A DNA stretch of 63,109 bases, filler included, from Rhabdomonas costata (lineage: Eukaryota): assembly GCA_019059605.1 (NCBI GenBank). It is 39 parts of 39 records of this genome, joined end to end, with 100 filler letters (N's around TTAATTAATTAA, not from the genome) between each part and the next. Parts side by side here need not be neighbours in the genome. Positions count along the whole stretch, not along the records: positions 38,899 to 40,418 come from JAHMHO010013925.1; positions 40,519 to 42,050 come from JAHMHO010013926.1; positions 42,151 to 43,671 come from JAHMHO010013927.1; positions 43,772 to 45,292 come from JAHMHO010013928.1; positions 45,393 to 46,913 come from JAHMHO010013929.1; positions 47,014 to 48,534 come from JAHMHO010013930.1; positions 48,635 to 50,145 come from JAHMHO010013931.1; positions 50,246 to 51,766 come from JAHMHO010013932.1; 31 more parts are not named here. One strand, 5' to 3'. Within the stretch, counting starts at the first letter, position 1, and the number at the start of each line of letters is the position of its first letter. Below the pieces are notes generated by a model. That model ran no database searches. It saw only the letters and a list, made by a program, of their open reading frames with translations, and was not told the DNA's origin. Made by a program: the position numbers and the translations under genes. Below, in pieces: positions 38,899 through 50,831 of the stretch.

Positions 38899-40418
38899 TT
38901 TGTGTTGGCCAGGGATGTCTGCGTAACCACCCTCCTGGTCTCGAGAGGGTGGTGTGCATTGAAGGGGAGGTGGAGATTGTCAACCCTTCCGAGACCAGGA
39001 GGGTGGTTACGCAGACATCCCTGGTCAACACAAAACTCACCTTAGATGAGGCGTGACAACGGCTTCTCTACTGTGCAGTCTCTGCTGTACATGTGTGGTC
39101 TGCCTTTTTTCGGCGATTTCTGGGGGAGTAGGGATGTCTTCTTGATTTGACGTCTATGGAGGTGGTATCCAAGAACTTCAAGAAAATGCCATGTTGCCCG
39201 AATTTCCAGGAAGTGGCAATCTGCGTTTACAACGTCAACCGGACAAAACCCAAGGAACCCTGCCCCCTCCAATTCTCATCAAGTCGCGGGGTTTACGTTG
39301 TTAGGTTGGGGTGGACGGATAGATTCAGGTGCGCAACAGTTTGTTTCCGCTCCCCAAGAAATGAGCGCTCAAGCCGCAGATACTTCGCAAGCAATTGGCC
39401 GGGACCTGCTCCCCACGCTTGCGCCCGCACACACGCACACACACACACAATCACAAACAGTCCGCCTCTTCGCAAACTCTCACAACCGCTCCCTTGTGAC
39501 GGTGTTGATGGTTTTATGTCTCAAGTCGCTGTCGACGGAGTTACCTTTGTGTTCCTTTGTTGGTTTTCAGCAGCGGAGGTTCTGTTATTGTCAGCAAAAT
39601 GGGAAAAGCGAAAGCCGCGCGAGTACCAGTGGTCACCCGCCGGCTTGCGCGGCTGCTCCGCCCCAGCTGACGTGCGCATCGTTCTACAAGTTTGTGAAGC
39701 TGAGCAATCTTCCAGAGCTCCGGGATGAATTCCGCACGGCCTGCGCCCAACTGGGCATCATGGTGTGTTCTTCCGAAATGAGGTTGAAGTGGGTCTTTGT
39801 GAGAGTGACTTCCCTCCTTTGGCAGGAAGAAAAACCGGGGGGTGGGGGTCCTTGAATCTAGGGAGGCCCATCAAATTGTCCACCAACGCCACCAAAATGT
39901 GTGTTCAAATCCAGAGATGGAGGTATTGCCACGTAATTTCGCCCAAATGTTGTGCTGAAATCTAAAGAAAGTGGCCGAGGCATTTGCAATAAAAACCCAC
40001 AAACGCTGCGTTAAGTATGAACGATGGACCACCAGTGCCGAACTTGCTTGCTCCTGCTGAGCGCATAATTCACACTTTTATTGCATTAGCAGACGACAAT
40101 CTCGCCTTTTGCAGGATACGTGTAAAAGGCGTGGCAGCTGTGCTCGTAGCAAGAAGTTGTGAGCGTTTCGAGATTCCCGCAAAATAATCCCTTGAGCTGG
40201 AAATGCAAGACACGTTTATTCCATCCCGCCTTCCACAGAAGAAAACCATAGAGATAACACAGAAGCTGTAATTTCATTCTTCCGCCCTGAGACCCATTCA
40301 AATTCCCCGTCAGGTGCCACACTACTGTGACGGGGAATTTGCAATGGGTCTCAGGGCAACATTCTTCTGGGCACCGAAGGGATCAACTCCCAGATTGCGG
40401 GCTCCGAGGATGCCACCC
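38899..40418 (+). CDS. TrhO/YceA (UPF0176, TSTD2-like) rhodanese-family protein fragment; exons include ~39571-39762 and 40355-40418
   Basis: SFYKFVKLSNLPELRDEFRTACAQLGIM|GNILLGTEGINSQIAG matches the UPF0176 N-terminal motif FYKF...C..L..GxILLAxEGIN. Confidence 0.8.
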
Positions 40419-40775
40419 NNNNNNNNNNNNNNNNNNNNNNNNNNNNNNNNNNNNNNNNNNNNTTAATTAATTAANNNNNNNNNNNNNNNNNNNNNNNNNN
40501 NNNNNNNNNNNNNNNNNNCACCCATCTCCTGCCTCCGTCTCTGTGGGTGTGGGTTTGTTTGATACGAGACTGTGAAGGATTTAGGAATCTTCGGAATCCA
40601 ACCGCTGCCACTTTTAGTGTTTTACTTGCAATTGGCTCTGGCAACCTCCATTAGGTTTCTCCACCCAACACGGGTAGGGTATGGACTGGATCGCGGCAAT
40701 CACATTCTCCGAATTTTAGGAAAATAGGCTGGAGGAGACAGGTGGTGAGCCCCATGGTTTTACCGCGCTGTGCAG

Positions 40776-41720
40776 GTTTAACGACGAGTGGTGCTGCCAG
40801 TACAATTACCACGGGCACTCGTGCCACCAGTATGGCATTGCCATGGCAGAGTTTCTCTCGGGGCAGCGCGTCAACCAGTGCTTTCTTTACGACCGGTGTG
40901 TGTGTGGGGGTGGGTGGCTAAGCATACCCACAAAGACGCTGATGATAGCCGGGGGAGCTTCGTTGGCACCCAGGCTGAGGGAAAAAGCAGAACCAAGCAA
41001 AAGTCAGTGTGACACCTGCTTTCCTGGGCCTTTGGGGAGAGATGGCACACGTCGGTTGACTGATGTCGGGTGTGCCACGAGGACGGAGAGAGGCATTCGC
41101 CATATGACCGACATAGCTCATCAACTGTGATGTGTTTGAGTGCGTGTGTCAAACCGGTGGTCGTTGGCGGCGTACGCCAGGGCGGCGCGAAGGATGTCCC
41201 CGTAGACCCACACTGACTTGATGATGCAGATGAAGACGATCAGGAACTGCAGGTTGCGCACGGGCACGGCGCCGGGGTTCAGCAAGTTCTTGCCCGTGTT
41301 CGTGGCCAGGCTGAAGTTGTGGTGCTTGCCACTGCCGTTGATCCCGGCGAAGGGCTTACGCACAAAAGCACACACGCCCCTGTCCCTCTGTGTACTTTGT
41401 TTGGGGGGTTTCCTGCGCCTCCCGTCCCCCGCATACATTCTCAGTCAATGCGTTCAAGATCACCAAGCGCCCATCTGGGACCCAAACGCGTCACTTCCCG
41501 ACAGCGCTCCTGCCCTCAAGCAAGCCATCGCCGACCCAGCTCACCCATTTCGCGCGCACATAAATGTCCTATCATTCTTTGTGTGTATGTATGGGCGTGT
41601 TCTTGACACATCCACATTCCAGAATTGTTCCCCTCCATTCAACCCAGCAGGTGGCAAGTACCACACTGATACTGAGCTCATTTTCCGAGTTCGCAGCTGT
41701 ATCCAGAGCAGAAACAGGCA

Positions 41721-41722
<2 letters not shown>
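40776..41722 (+). CDS. Putative unknown gene interleaved antisense to GSIII (exons 40776-40895, 41445-~41553, ~41623 onward)
   Basis: AG/GT-bounded, phase-compatible exons FNDEWCCQYNYHGHSCHQYGIAMAEFLSGQRVNQCFLYDR|QCVQDHQAPIWDPNASLPDSAPALKQAIADPAHPFR lie only inside GSIII introns. Confidence 0.5.
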
Positions 41723-41755
<33 letters not shown>

Positions 41756-41905
41756 GCGTCAAAACTCGCAACCACCTGACCATCTTTGCAACACTTTACG
41801 CGCCTTGCAAACCTTCTCGTGCAGCAGGACAGCCAGCTGGTGGCGCTTGGCCACGCGCTCCATCAGATCCATCAGCAGCAGGTTGTGGTCTGCGGCGACG
41901 CTGAC
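40928..41905 (-). CDS. Glutamine synthetase type III; exons 41905-41813, 41354-41155, 40974-40928
   Basis: AADHNLLLMDLM..VAKRHQL..LLHEK|PFAGINGSGKHHNFSLATNTGKNLLNPG..ANDHR|LGANEAPPAIISVFVG are diagnostic GSIII motifs, in phase. Confidence 0.95.
41723..41753 (+). repeat. (TG)n microsatellite
   Basis: Directly visible. Confidence 0.9.
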
Positions 41906-42309
41906 CTACGGCGAGGCGAAGGCAAGAGCGCGGCAACAAGAAAACGGAAAACGGAGAATGACGGGATGTAGGGATGCGGGGCAAATATGTCAACGGTTCT
42001 AAAGACAAAAAGCCACCTCCATACCCGTCATACCCATTGTTGAATGGTGTNNNNNNNNNNNNNNNNNNNNNNNNNNNNNNNNNNNNNNNNNNNNTTAATT
42101 AATTAANNNNNNNNNNNNNNNNNNNNNNNNNNNNNNNNNNNNNNNNNNNNGGTTTTTTTGAATGTGGCGTTTTTTGTGCGGCTGACTTTGGCTTCAGTGT
42201 GCCTTTGCTGTGTCGTGAACAGCGCCCCCTCCCCCCTCACACACCCAAACTTATGCACACTGGAGCGAAACCGAAATGTTGCATTCCGTTCTTTTTTTTG
42301 GCCACGCAG

Positions 42310-42593
42310 GAGAACTCCCAGCTGTCATCCGCTCTTCGAGTGTTGCAAGCCAGCGAGTCGCAGCTCCAGAAGCAGGTCTGCAGGGGCATATATTTCCCGC
42401 TCACCAGACCGCACATCCACACCCACCCTCCCAGCATAGCTTGCTGGTGCAGGGTGATTTTCTAGTGCATCGAGGAATGAGAGCAGTGAGAATCCCTTTG
42501 GTCTCCTCACAGATCGCCTTGTACAGGGAGGACCTTGTCCGCTTGCAGTCTGTGGAGGAGGAGATGATGTGCCGCAGGCACGAAGTGGGCGAG
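42310..42593 (+). CDS. Coiled-coil protein exons (42310-42375, 42513-42593)
   Basis: ENSQLSSALRVLQASESQLQKQ|IALYREDLVRLQSVEEEMMCRRHEVGE with CAG/GT boundaries. Confidence 0.55.
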
Positions 42594-44361
42594 GTGCTCA
42601 TCACCCGACACACCCACCCACACAGGCACACACAGGCCCCCAAAAAAGAAGGCTCCGCACCGGCTACTCGCAGCAATGGAGCATTGTGATTTGCCGGTGG
42701 GAAAAGGTGGCTGTGCGACAAAGACCCGGGACCCATGGGGCAGCAGGGAGGTTACCACATGTTTAACATTCGATGGGGAGGCAGTACCCCACGGCGCCGT
42801 ATGCTCGAAAGGTGCCTCTCGTGTCTCGCGAGCACCCTTGTGGCCAACGTCCGCTCCTCAGCCCACAGTAGCCAACACTCTATCAGGCAACAGGGAGCAC
42901 GCTATCCACCTAACAGAGACACAGAGAGAACGAGAGCGTTCGAGGGTCGCATCTTTGATGTGCCCTTCATGAAAGCTTGTAATGCCCCTCGTCCAGTTCT
43001 CTCCTTTTTCTTTGTTCGTCTGCTGTTTGCATTGTATTAATGTGCTGGCGCACGACGTTCGGCGTCTGAGTCTGGGGTACACGAATGCCCTTCTAATTTC
43101 ACACACTTACACACAAAGAACGGTAATATTTTCCTTCAACCCAGCAGCCGCGCAACCTTGGCTTTTTGGGGTGATTTCAGATCAGACCCCATGCCAGGTT
43201 GGGCTATTGCCATTTGGGGTTTGTGGACTGGCCAGCTGTGACTATAATTGCGAATGTAATTGAATACTCGAGGGCACCTGCACTTGTGCCCTCTTACGTT
43301 CGCAATCCGGAACATTCCACCCGCTCCGCTCATTTTTGGTTTCGCAGCTCTATAACAAACTGTCGCTTGTCACTCTCAGGTTCTGGAGCGGTGTCACAAC
43401 AAGGATGCCCGAATCCGCCGCGCAACAAAGCTGCTGACCCGCCTAAGGCAGCAGCTGCAGGAAAGGTCCGCAGTGCGCCTCAGGTGGGGGGTTGTCTTCA
43501 AGCAATGCGGCTCCTCCGTGTCACGGCGGAAAGGCTATTTTGGCGCTTCCACAGGCCGCAATTGCATTCCAAGCGATACACGGTGGTGATCGCAGAACAG
43601 CGCAGAGAGTAAGGATAGGCACCAGCTTAGCGTTTCACTCAACCTAACCAACGGACGGATAACCCACAAAANNNNNNNNNNNNNNNNNNNNNNNNNNNNN
43701 NNNNNNNNNNNNNNNTTAATTAATTAANNNNNNNNNNNNNNNNNNNNNNNNNNNNNNNNNNNNNNNNNNNNTCTTCTCATGGCAGTTACTGGTATTGCAC
43801 GCCCGCTGGTGACTCGAGTCCCTTCTCATGGGTGGGGGACGTGCTGCTGTGGAAGCTGGAAACCTGTGGTCGTCGTTCCTGGGCGGCGTTCCTTCTCGGC
43901 AGGTGGCGGGAACGCGGGGCCGTGGTGGACGCGAAGGAAGGCCTTTCTTGAGGACTTACAGAGGCGCTGCCAGCAGTACCAGCGAAGTCAGGAACGCAAT
44001 CGGAAATGTTGCCACAGGGACCGCCACACCCCATGGCTTCGGTTCATCACGTGGCCCAGTGGAGAAGGATGTGCCCACCCGGCTGAGGCAGGTCGAATTC
44101 TTGCTCGCTGATTCCTATCGGGTGAAAGACACACCATCTTCAGCCTCCACAAAGCTCTAGAGATGTGGATGTGAATGGGAGAGTTGGGACAAAGCTTGGG
44201 CTGCAGTTTTCAAGATGTTTTTACGGTACGCGAGAAAAGCTGTGAATTGAAATATTAATTAAGATTAATTATGGCATTGTGAACGGTGATGATGTAGTGC
44301 GCGAGTGTGAGATATCCTCGATACCTTTCACTTTCACTTTCACTCTTACTTTCTTTTATGC

Positions 44362-44950
44362 CTTCTTTGCAGCGGCCATGGCCAGGCACATGGTTAGGCA
44401 AATGAGAAGCAATGCCGCTGTTGTGCTGCTGGTTCTTTCAACCCTGCTGTTATGTCTGCTGAACGTCGCTCCAAGGGTTCACGAGACTATAGTAGTCGTC
44501 CTGACTGAAGTGGTGGATGCTGTGAGACGTGAAATTGGTGGAAGCTAACCCAGCCTCCTGAAGTGTTCTTCAGTGGAGGACACTTTCTTCGTTCCTTAGG
44601 AAGTTAAGGAACCTTATCCTTGAAAGATGATAATATTGTGATGCCATCACCCTTGATTGTCTTGCACACATGTGTAGTTGGTTTTTTCCTTTGTTGCGTT
44701 CGGACCGGCCTGTGACGACTGAGTCGGCTGTAGTGATATTACATTCTCAGTCTTACAACTTGAGGATAGAGGTGATAACTGTATCTAGAGTAGAGCGGTA
44801 TCAAGGAGTGAGTCGACGAATGGATGGGTTCCGGTAATCTGGGCAAATAACTTGTCAGCGGACTTTACTTTTGCAGGCCGTGGTCTCTGAGTGACTCCGT
44901 GCCAGTATTATGGTTCCAGTATGAAAGCTTTCCAGGGAACCCAAGACTTT
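44362..44950 (+). ncRNA. Candidate snoRNA cluster (AGA-box hairpins, possibly interspersed C/D-like RNAs)
   Basis: Hairpins TTTGC..GGCCATG/CATGGTT..GCAAA then AGA 44405; AGGA..GTTCCTTA/TAAGGAAC..TCCT then AGA 44625; GACTGAG/CTCAGTC then AGA 44768. Several CTGA motifs lie in the same intergenic tract. Confidence 0.35.
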
Positions 44951-45087
44951 TTACCAACTTTGCGCAAAGATCGCATTAGGTCGTTTTTCCTGATGTTTGG
45001 GAGATTTAGTCTTTATTGCCACTTCCTTTTTCGGTCCCACGCCCCCAACCCCCTGGCTCGAGTGCCTCGCTGTCTCGCTCCTTCTCG

Positions 45088-45292
45088 ATGATAATCCGGA
45101 CCTCTTCGCACGCATGCATGAGCTTTTGCTTTCGCCGCGGCAAAGCCTTGGGTGTCCTGGCCCCCGCTCGAGAGAGGCGTCCCTTTTCTTCTCACTCTGA
45201 CCCCTACTCCGTGCTTGGACTGCGCCCGGGATGTACCCCGGAACAGCTCAAGGCGAGGTACCACCAGCTTGCTATGGCTTGCCACCCAACAC
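45088..45292 (+). CDS. DnaJ (J-domain) protein with a putative mitochondrial presequence, partial
   Basis: DPYSVLGLRPGCTPEQLKARYHQLAMACHP, preceded by an Arg/Ser-rich N-terminus almost free of acidic residues. Confidence 0.85.
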
Positions 45293-45460
45293 NNNNNNNN
45301 NNNNNNNNNNNNNNNNNNNNNNNNNNNNNNNNNNNNTTAATTAATTAANNNNNNNNNNNNNNNNNNNNNNNNNNNNNNNNNNNNNNNNNNNNGTGGTGGG
45401 TGTGTTTGGGGTGGTTTGTGTGTGTTTGGGTTGGGGGCGACAGTAAAATGCAAACGAGAC

Positions 45461-46791
45461 CTGCACGTCAGACACTCCCTCTGGTTCCCAGCGGCAAACA
45501 GCGGTGACAGTAACCATATCCACGATCACCACAAAGTCCTGTAATAAGGATGCAACCAGCGATTAGCGCAACCAGCAAATTCCCAATTACAAGCATGAAG
45601 CACCCTCGCAGTCTCCGGTGGAGACGTTCTTTGCCACAAGTGTCAACTTCCATTCAAGATGCGGGGCCAAATCAAGGAGGACACACGCTGCCCTTCAAGG
45701 TCACTCTGTCCTCGGGCGAGCGCACAGTCACCTTGCCCTCCTGGTGGTGCTCCACCACGGCCATGTACTTCCCGTCACGAGTGAAACTCAGCAGTGGCTC
45801 CCCCTCACGCACGGATTTCGGGTGCTTCAACTGCTTCACGTCCGCCTATGGGTAGTTCCATGGTTGCATAAAAAATAGGAGGCCAACCTTCGCTCAGATC
45901 AAAGCAAGTTTCTACGATAATGAGAGGTGCGGCACCGTAAAACCCTTACGGCGTTGAGGTCGATGCACTTTGGTAAGAAACTCTGGCGCACCTGGTCCAG
46001 CAAGCACCATATCGTCAACCGAAGGCTGAAGTCTGCGACGGTGAGGATATGCCTGCCGTCGGGCGTCCAGCGAGCGTAGGCGAGGCCGGCCAGGCCCTCG
46101 TCGATGCGTGCAACCTTGTGAAAAAATGGAGACGAGGAGCAGAGAGGGCCAACGTCAACAAGAGGAAAATTAAAGGGCAAAACATTTTGGGTTGTACATA
46201 TGAGAATGGGAGAAAACAGAGAGAGCTTACTGCATGTCAGGCCCACTTGGAGGGTTATCCAAGGCTCGAAAGACGCTGGCGACGATTCGACTTCGACATT
46301 TATTGGAGTGTGCTCCGTGGTGCCCGAGACACTCGCTGTTTTGGTTTCTTCCTGATTCCTGACCTTTTCATTCTCCTTCCTGCACAAAGATCCACGTTGA
46401 AGAAAGAGATAATACAGCCGCTTTTTCTAGGAGTGGCATACTGAAACCTGAGCTCCCCTCCCTCCCAGATAAAAATCACGGACACAACAAGAGACGGTTT
46501 TGAATCACCATCACCAGCCTCTCCGTAAATCTGTCAAAAAGCAGAGAGCACATCGCTATCCCCGTTCACAGTAAATGATTATTACAGAAACGCTGCTCAC
46601 AGAGTTTCCCATGACAGTCCCAGGTCCTGCTTCAGGAAAACCTCCAAGAGCCCCTCTGCTGTACAAGTACCGCAGCACAGGCAAAAACGAAAGAGACCTG
46701 AGCGATGCTGTCCACAGCGAAGACTTGGATGACGGCACGGCCAGTCAGCACACACAGCAGGTACTTTGAGTCAGAAGACCACTCCAAAAAT
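45461..46791 (-). CDS. WRAP73: WRAP73/WDR8-like WD40 protein; exons 46791-46698, 46114-45992, 45845-45732, 45538-45461
   Basis: LEWSSDSKYLLC..IQVF..|..IDEGLAGLAYARWTPDGRHILTVADFSLRLTIWCL|..KHPK..FTRDGKYMAVVE..K|DFV. Confidence 0.8.
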
Positions 46792-47013
46792 CTGCAAGCC
46801 CCCCGCCCCCAGATTCCACTCGTATCGAAATCAGGACACCGCTGAGTGAGCATCACGGTCAAACCATTGCCCACAAGCGAGTCCAGCGAGAGTGTGAAGC
46901 CACCCCAAAAACANNNNNNNNNNNNNNNNNNNNNNNNNNNNNNNNNNNNNNNNNNNNTTAATTAATTAANNNNNNNNNNNNNNNNNNNNNNNNNNNNNNN
47001 NNNNNNNNNNNNN

Positions 47014-48532
47014 ACGTAGGTTGAAACATTTTTAAGAAATCATAATGTTTTGTAATATTGATATCATAAAAACTGCTATTAAAACCAAGTACAGGGAATT
47101 GAAACCATTTTTTAATTTTATTGATTTCACGTTGCTTTTTGAATTTTTGGTTTTTGTCGTCGAATGTAAATATTATCTCATCATCGTCTTTATACAAAAT
47201 GAAACAATCATCTTCTTTAATCATTTTTTCTTTCTTTATCATTTTCATTTTAAGATTATTTACCAAATATTGTTTAATATATGGGTAGTATTCAGCTATT
47301 ATTTTCTTATAAGCTTTCTGTTGCGCATCATACATACAATCTACTAATGATTTTATGAGAATATTTGTATCTTCATTAACAACGTGTATAATTTCATTAT
47401 TCATATTTGTACCAAACGAAAACGAGATAGGGACTTGTTTGTTCAGTAAAGTTGTGTTTTCGCCTTTCTTTTTATTAACTTCTAAAGCTATAGACTCAAA
47501 ATCAAAAACAGCAAAATAAGGATACATAAAAGATTTTGTTTTACATTTCGAAAAATCAAGTATTTTCTTCATTATATTATTGTCGTGTGTAAATTCTTCT
47601 ATTTCTGCTGGGAAAACATCTTTATAGAGTTCTCCGCATTCACCTTTTTGATGATTAACTAATGTATCAGCTCTGCTAAATGTTTTCATGCAATTTTCGC
47701 ATCTAAATACTTGGCATAGTTTATTTATATCCTTGATGAGAACAAAATGATCTTCATACAATCCTAAAATCATCTTATTATCTTCTTTTTTATTAATAAT
47801 TCTATTTCTTATAGCTGTTATACTTTTTTCCTCGATTACGAGATTATAAACATTGATTGAAATATTAAAGAATAATTCAATATTTTCTATTTCATGCATG
47901 TCAATACCTTGGTACTGTTTGTGATTAATTTCTTTTTCATTTTGGTTGTAATATTTGTAAAATAGTTCTTTTGATATTTTAATAAGTTTTTTATTTTCAA
48001 TATTTGGATTATAAAATTTAGCTAAACATCGCCAAAAACATAATTTATCGTCTTCTTTTGTTTGAATATTAAGTGCAGTATAGATCATCTTTGAATTTAA
48101 TAGTACATCTGGTAATTGTATCTGTGCACCTATTGGATCATGAAGTTGATATATTTTAACAAACATTTGATAAATTCCTATTGCTTTTGTGTTTGAATTT
48201 TTACTTCCATCAATTGTTTTTGTGCTAAATTCCGCATAATCAAGTAAATTTAGTTTTTCAATGAGTTTTATTAAATCATTGCCATTTCGTATTAGCATTG
48301 GTTCTTTAAGTAATCTTGTATCATCACAACCATTGCCTATACTATACGTATATGAAATATCAGACCAAAGATCATCATTAACATGAACTGTCTCAAAAAC
48401 GTAACCATATGATACATTAATTTTAAATGCGAATTGTTGGGCATTGTATACTTTTCTAATGTTAGTTTCAATATCTTTATATTTTCTTATATTATTAAAA
48501 AATATAGATGTGATATCTTTGTAATTTTGAGT
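47014..48532 (-). CDS. Protein-primed family B DNA polymerase N-terminal/exonuclease region (Polinton/Maverick/adintovirus-like) with a C2H2-like zinc finger
   Basis: AT-rich contig, open in one frame throughout: FAFKINVSYGYVF, DDKLCFWRCLA, LYEDHFVLIKD, CENCMKTF..LVNHQKGEC, ExoI FAVFDFES, ExoII VLGFNSSFYDIN. Confidence 0.85.
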
Positions 48533-48933
48533 GANNNNNNNNNNNNNNNNNNNNNNNNNNNNNNNNNNNNNNNNNNNNTTAATTAATTAANNNNNNNNNN
48601 NNNNNNNNNNNNNNNNNNNNNNNNNNNNNNNNNNGAGAGAACGAGTGTGCGATAGAGGGATGCCCATGTTTTTCCTGCATACTGCGCCCACTGATCCATT
48701 AAAGGGCCACCGTGTGGATCGTGTGGGTGTCCAACCCTGCACGAAAAGCCCGGGCGACAAGTCGCAGCGACCCGAATTTTCGCCTTGCAAGGACTTACAA
48801 TCCCCAAAATAAAAACATGCAACATGTGCCAAAAAAATCATTACCCCTCCTGGCTCCTGACCCCTGACCCGTAGCGACAGACGACATCATCCCTTTGCTT
48901 GAAAAAAGGAAGCAGCGGGAAGTCACGAAATAC

Positions 48934-49957
48934 CACATCTCTCGTTCGACGTCCGGCCCGGTGGGGCCGTAAGGAGGTGCGCCCGCGTCCAGGCTGTCCA
49001 GCTCCGCGTCGGCCTTGTCTAGAGTCTCCAGCAGCTCCTTTTGCTGCTGCGCGACACAGTCCAGCCTGCTGTCCAGCTCCTAGGAGCGCGCAATAGAGCC
49101 CTAAATACGGCAGCACAGACTTTGTTGTCCACACGGCGCCATACAGGCTACGACCCAAATAATCTTTCTTATAGAAATAGCCAGAAAATATCGCTATCTT
49201 GTGGGAAAAAATGCAACAAACGCATTACACATTGCGGTTTCTGGCGCCTGCGTTATCGCTTCTGGCAGAAGGTAATTGGTCACGCCCAAGCACAGCTGTT
49301 ACGTGAAGTAGTCAGAAGCAAAACCATGTCATTCCCCTCTCAATCAACTAAACCGATAGTTCTCTGCTCAACCACAAAGCAAAGAGAATTGCTCTGCGAA
49401 TAAATTAAATAGCAATCAATTATTTATTTAAAATAACACAAAGAGCGGAGAATGGATGCTCGCCAGAACTGAGACACACAAACCGGTGGGGGGGTGGAGG
49501 GAAGCACACCCGGTTGGTTTTCTCAATCTGCGACACGTCTGCGTCGAGCTGCACCAGCTGAGAAGAAAGTTCAGGAACCCAGAAGGGTGGGTTGGTGTAT
49601 TTCTTAAAAACAACGAGCTGGAAGGCATTGAGGCGCTTTCAAATGTACTAATTAAGGTCCCGAGCAAAGGCGCGATTATGTGTATGGATGTACTCCTATC
49701 TGCTGCATTTCTTACGTGCCCGTACTACGCATCATTCCGGACTCTCTCGCATCCATCCACTGTGCGCGTATGGAGTGTATCACACTAAGCTGAGTTCCCA
49801 AAGCTTCCGACCACTTTCTCCTCCATTCTGTCTTTTCATTTTGTGACTGTACTCCTTCGCTGACACGGTAATTGCATCTCCCGTGCACGTGCCTGAGGAT
49901 GAGGATTTTGCTGTCGCGGTTTCTCTGAACGCAAAACGGCAGGCGTTCTTAAGTGTG

Positions 49958-49989
<32 letters not shown>

Positions 49990-50145
49990 TGCGTGCATGC
50001 GTGTGTGCCTGTGTGATGGACAGACCTTGTCCCCGAACCCCCGGATGTGCCCATCCCAGGCCTCTACCCGCAGGGCCAGCCTGTCGAACTGCTGGATGTC
50101 CCGCACCAGGCCGTCGATCCAGTACTGCAGCGCCTCAGGAAGGGT
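48934..50145 (-). CDS. NUP62: Nup62/Nsp1 C-terminal coiled-coil region; exons 50145-50026, 49557-49510, 49079-~48934
   Basis: LQYWIDGLVRDIQQFDRLALRVEAWDGHIRGFGDK|LVQLDADVSQIEKTNR|ELDSRLDCVAQQQKELLETLD..DVERE parallels Nsp1_C (W..L..F..A..VxxWD..I..QQxEL..D.ERE). Confidence 0.75.
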
Positions 50146-50277
50146 NNNNNNNNNNNNNNNNNNNNNNNNNNNNNNNNNNNNNNNNNNNNTTAATTAATTA
50201 ANNNNNNNNNNNNNNNNNNNNNNNNNNNNNNNNNNNNNNNNNNNNGGGTTGGTTTGCCTATAGCACGGCTCTCTCAC

Positions 50278-50831
50278 CATCCTCCGTGTCAGCGTATTGA
50301 AGGCCTGCGTCAGCGTGTCGATCTCCTTGTACACGGAGCGGGAAAAGGGCTGCACCTGCACCACGTCCAGAACGCACAACAGCTCCACCTCGCGGACCAG
50401 GCGGATCAGTGGGGCGGTGAAAAGGCTAACCAGGAGGATGGTGAGCAGAGCCGTGCTATAGGCAAACCAAGGCCCACGTAAAAAATAAATCATCACTTTC
50501 ACGGAGGAAAAGAAAAGCAGCAGTGGAGCTTTCCGAAGTCTGTAGACTGCAGCAGGGCAGTCCAGACCATGTGAAACCAAAGGATTCCAAAGGAAACCAC
50601 TGACTGGGGACAGGGACAAAAAGGTTGTTTCGAGAGTACTAGCTTTACGTAATCGCTTTAGAAAAGTCCGCCGTCAACATTCTGGTCTGGTTAACGGTCT
50701 GGGGTCACCTAAGGAAGCAGAAAAACACGAACCCGAGAGTGACCAGCACCACCAGTCCCACGGTGATCGGGAGCCCGTTGTTCACCATGGAGCTCCATGA
50801 CGAAGCATCCGTTCCCACCACCACAACCCAC
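50278..50831 (-). CDS. Membrane receptor fragment: end of ectodomain, TM and HAMP-like linker (adenylate cyclase-like)
   Basis: WVVVVGTD...ITVGLVVLVTLG|TALLTILLVSLFTAPLIRL..E...SVYKEIDTLTQAFNTL, with the HAMP pattern PLxxL...EIxxLxxAFN. Confidence 0.65.

Noticed and set aside
49520-49657. Plus-strand peptide resembling a formin GBD segment (RNPEGWVGVFLKNNELEGIEALSNVL)
   Set aside because: Its first half is simply the antisense of the Nup62 exon 49557-49510, and the rest is too short to support a call.
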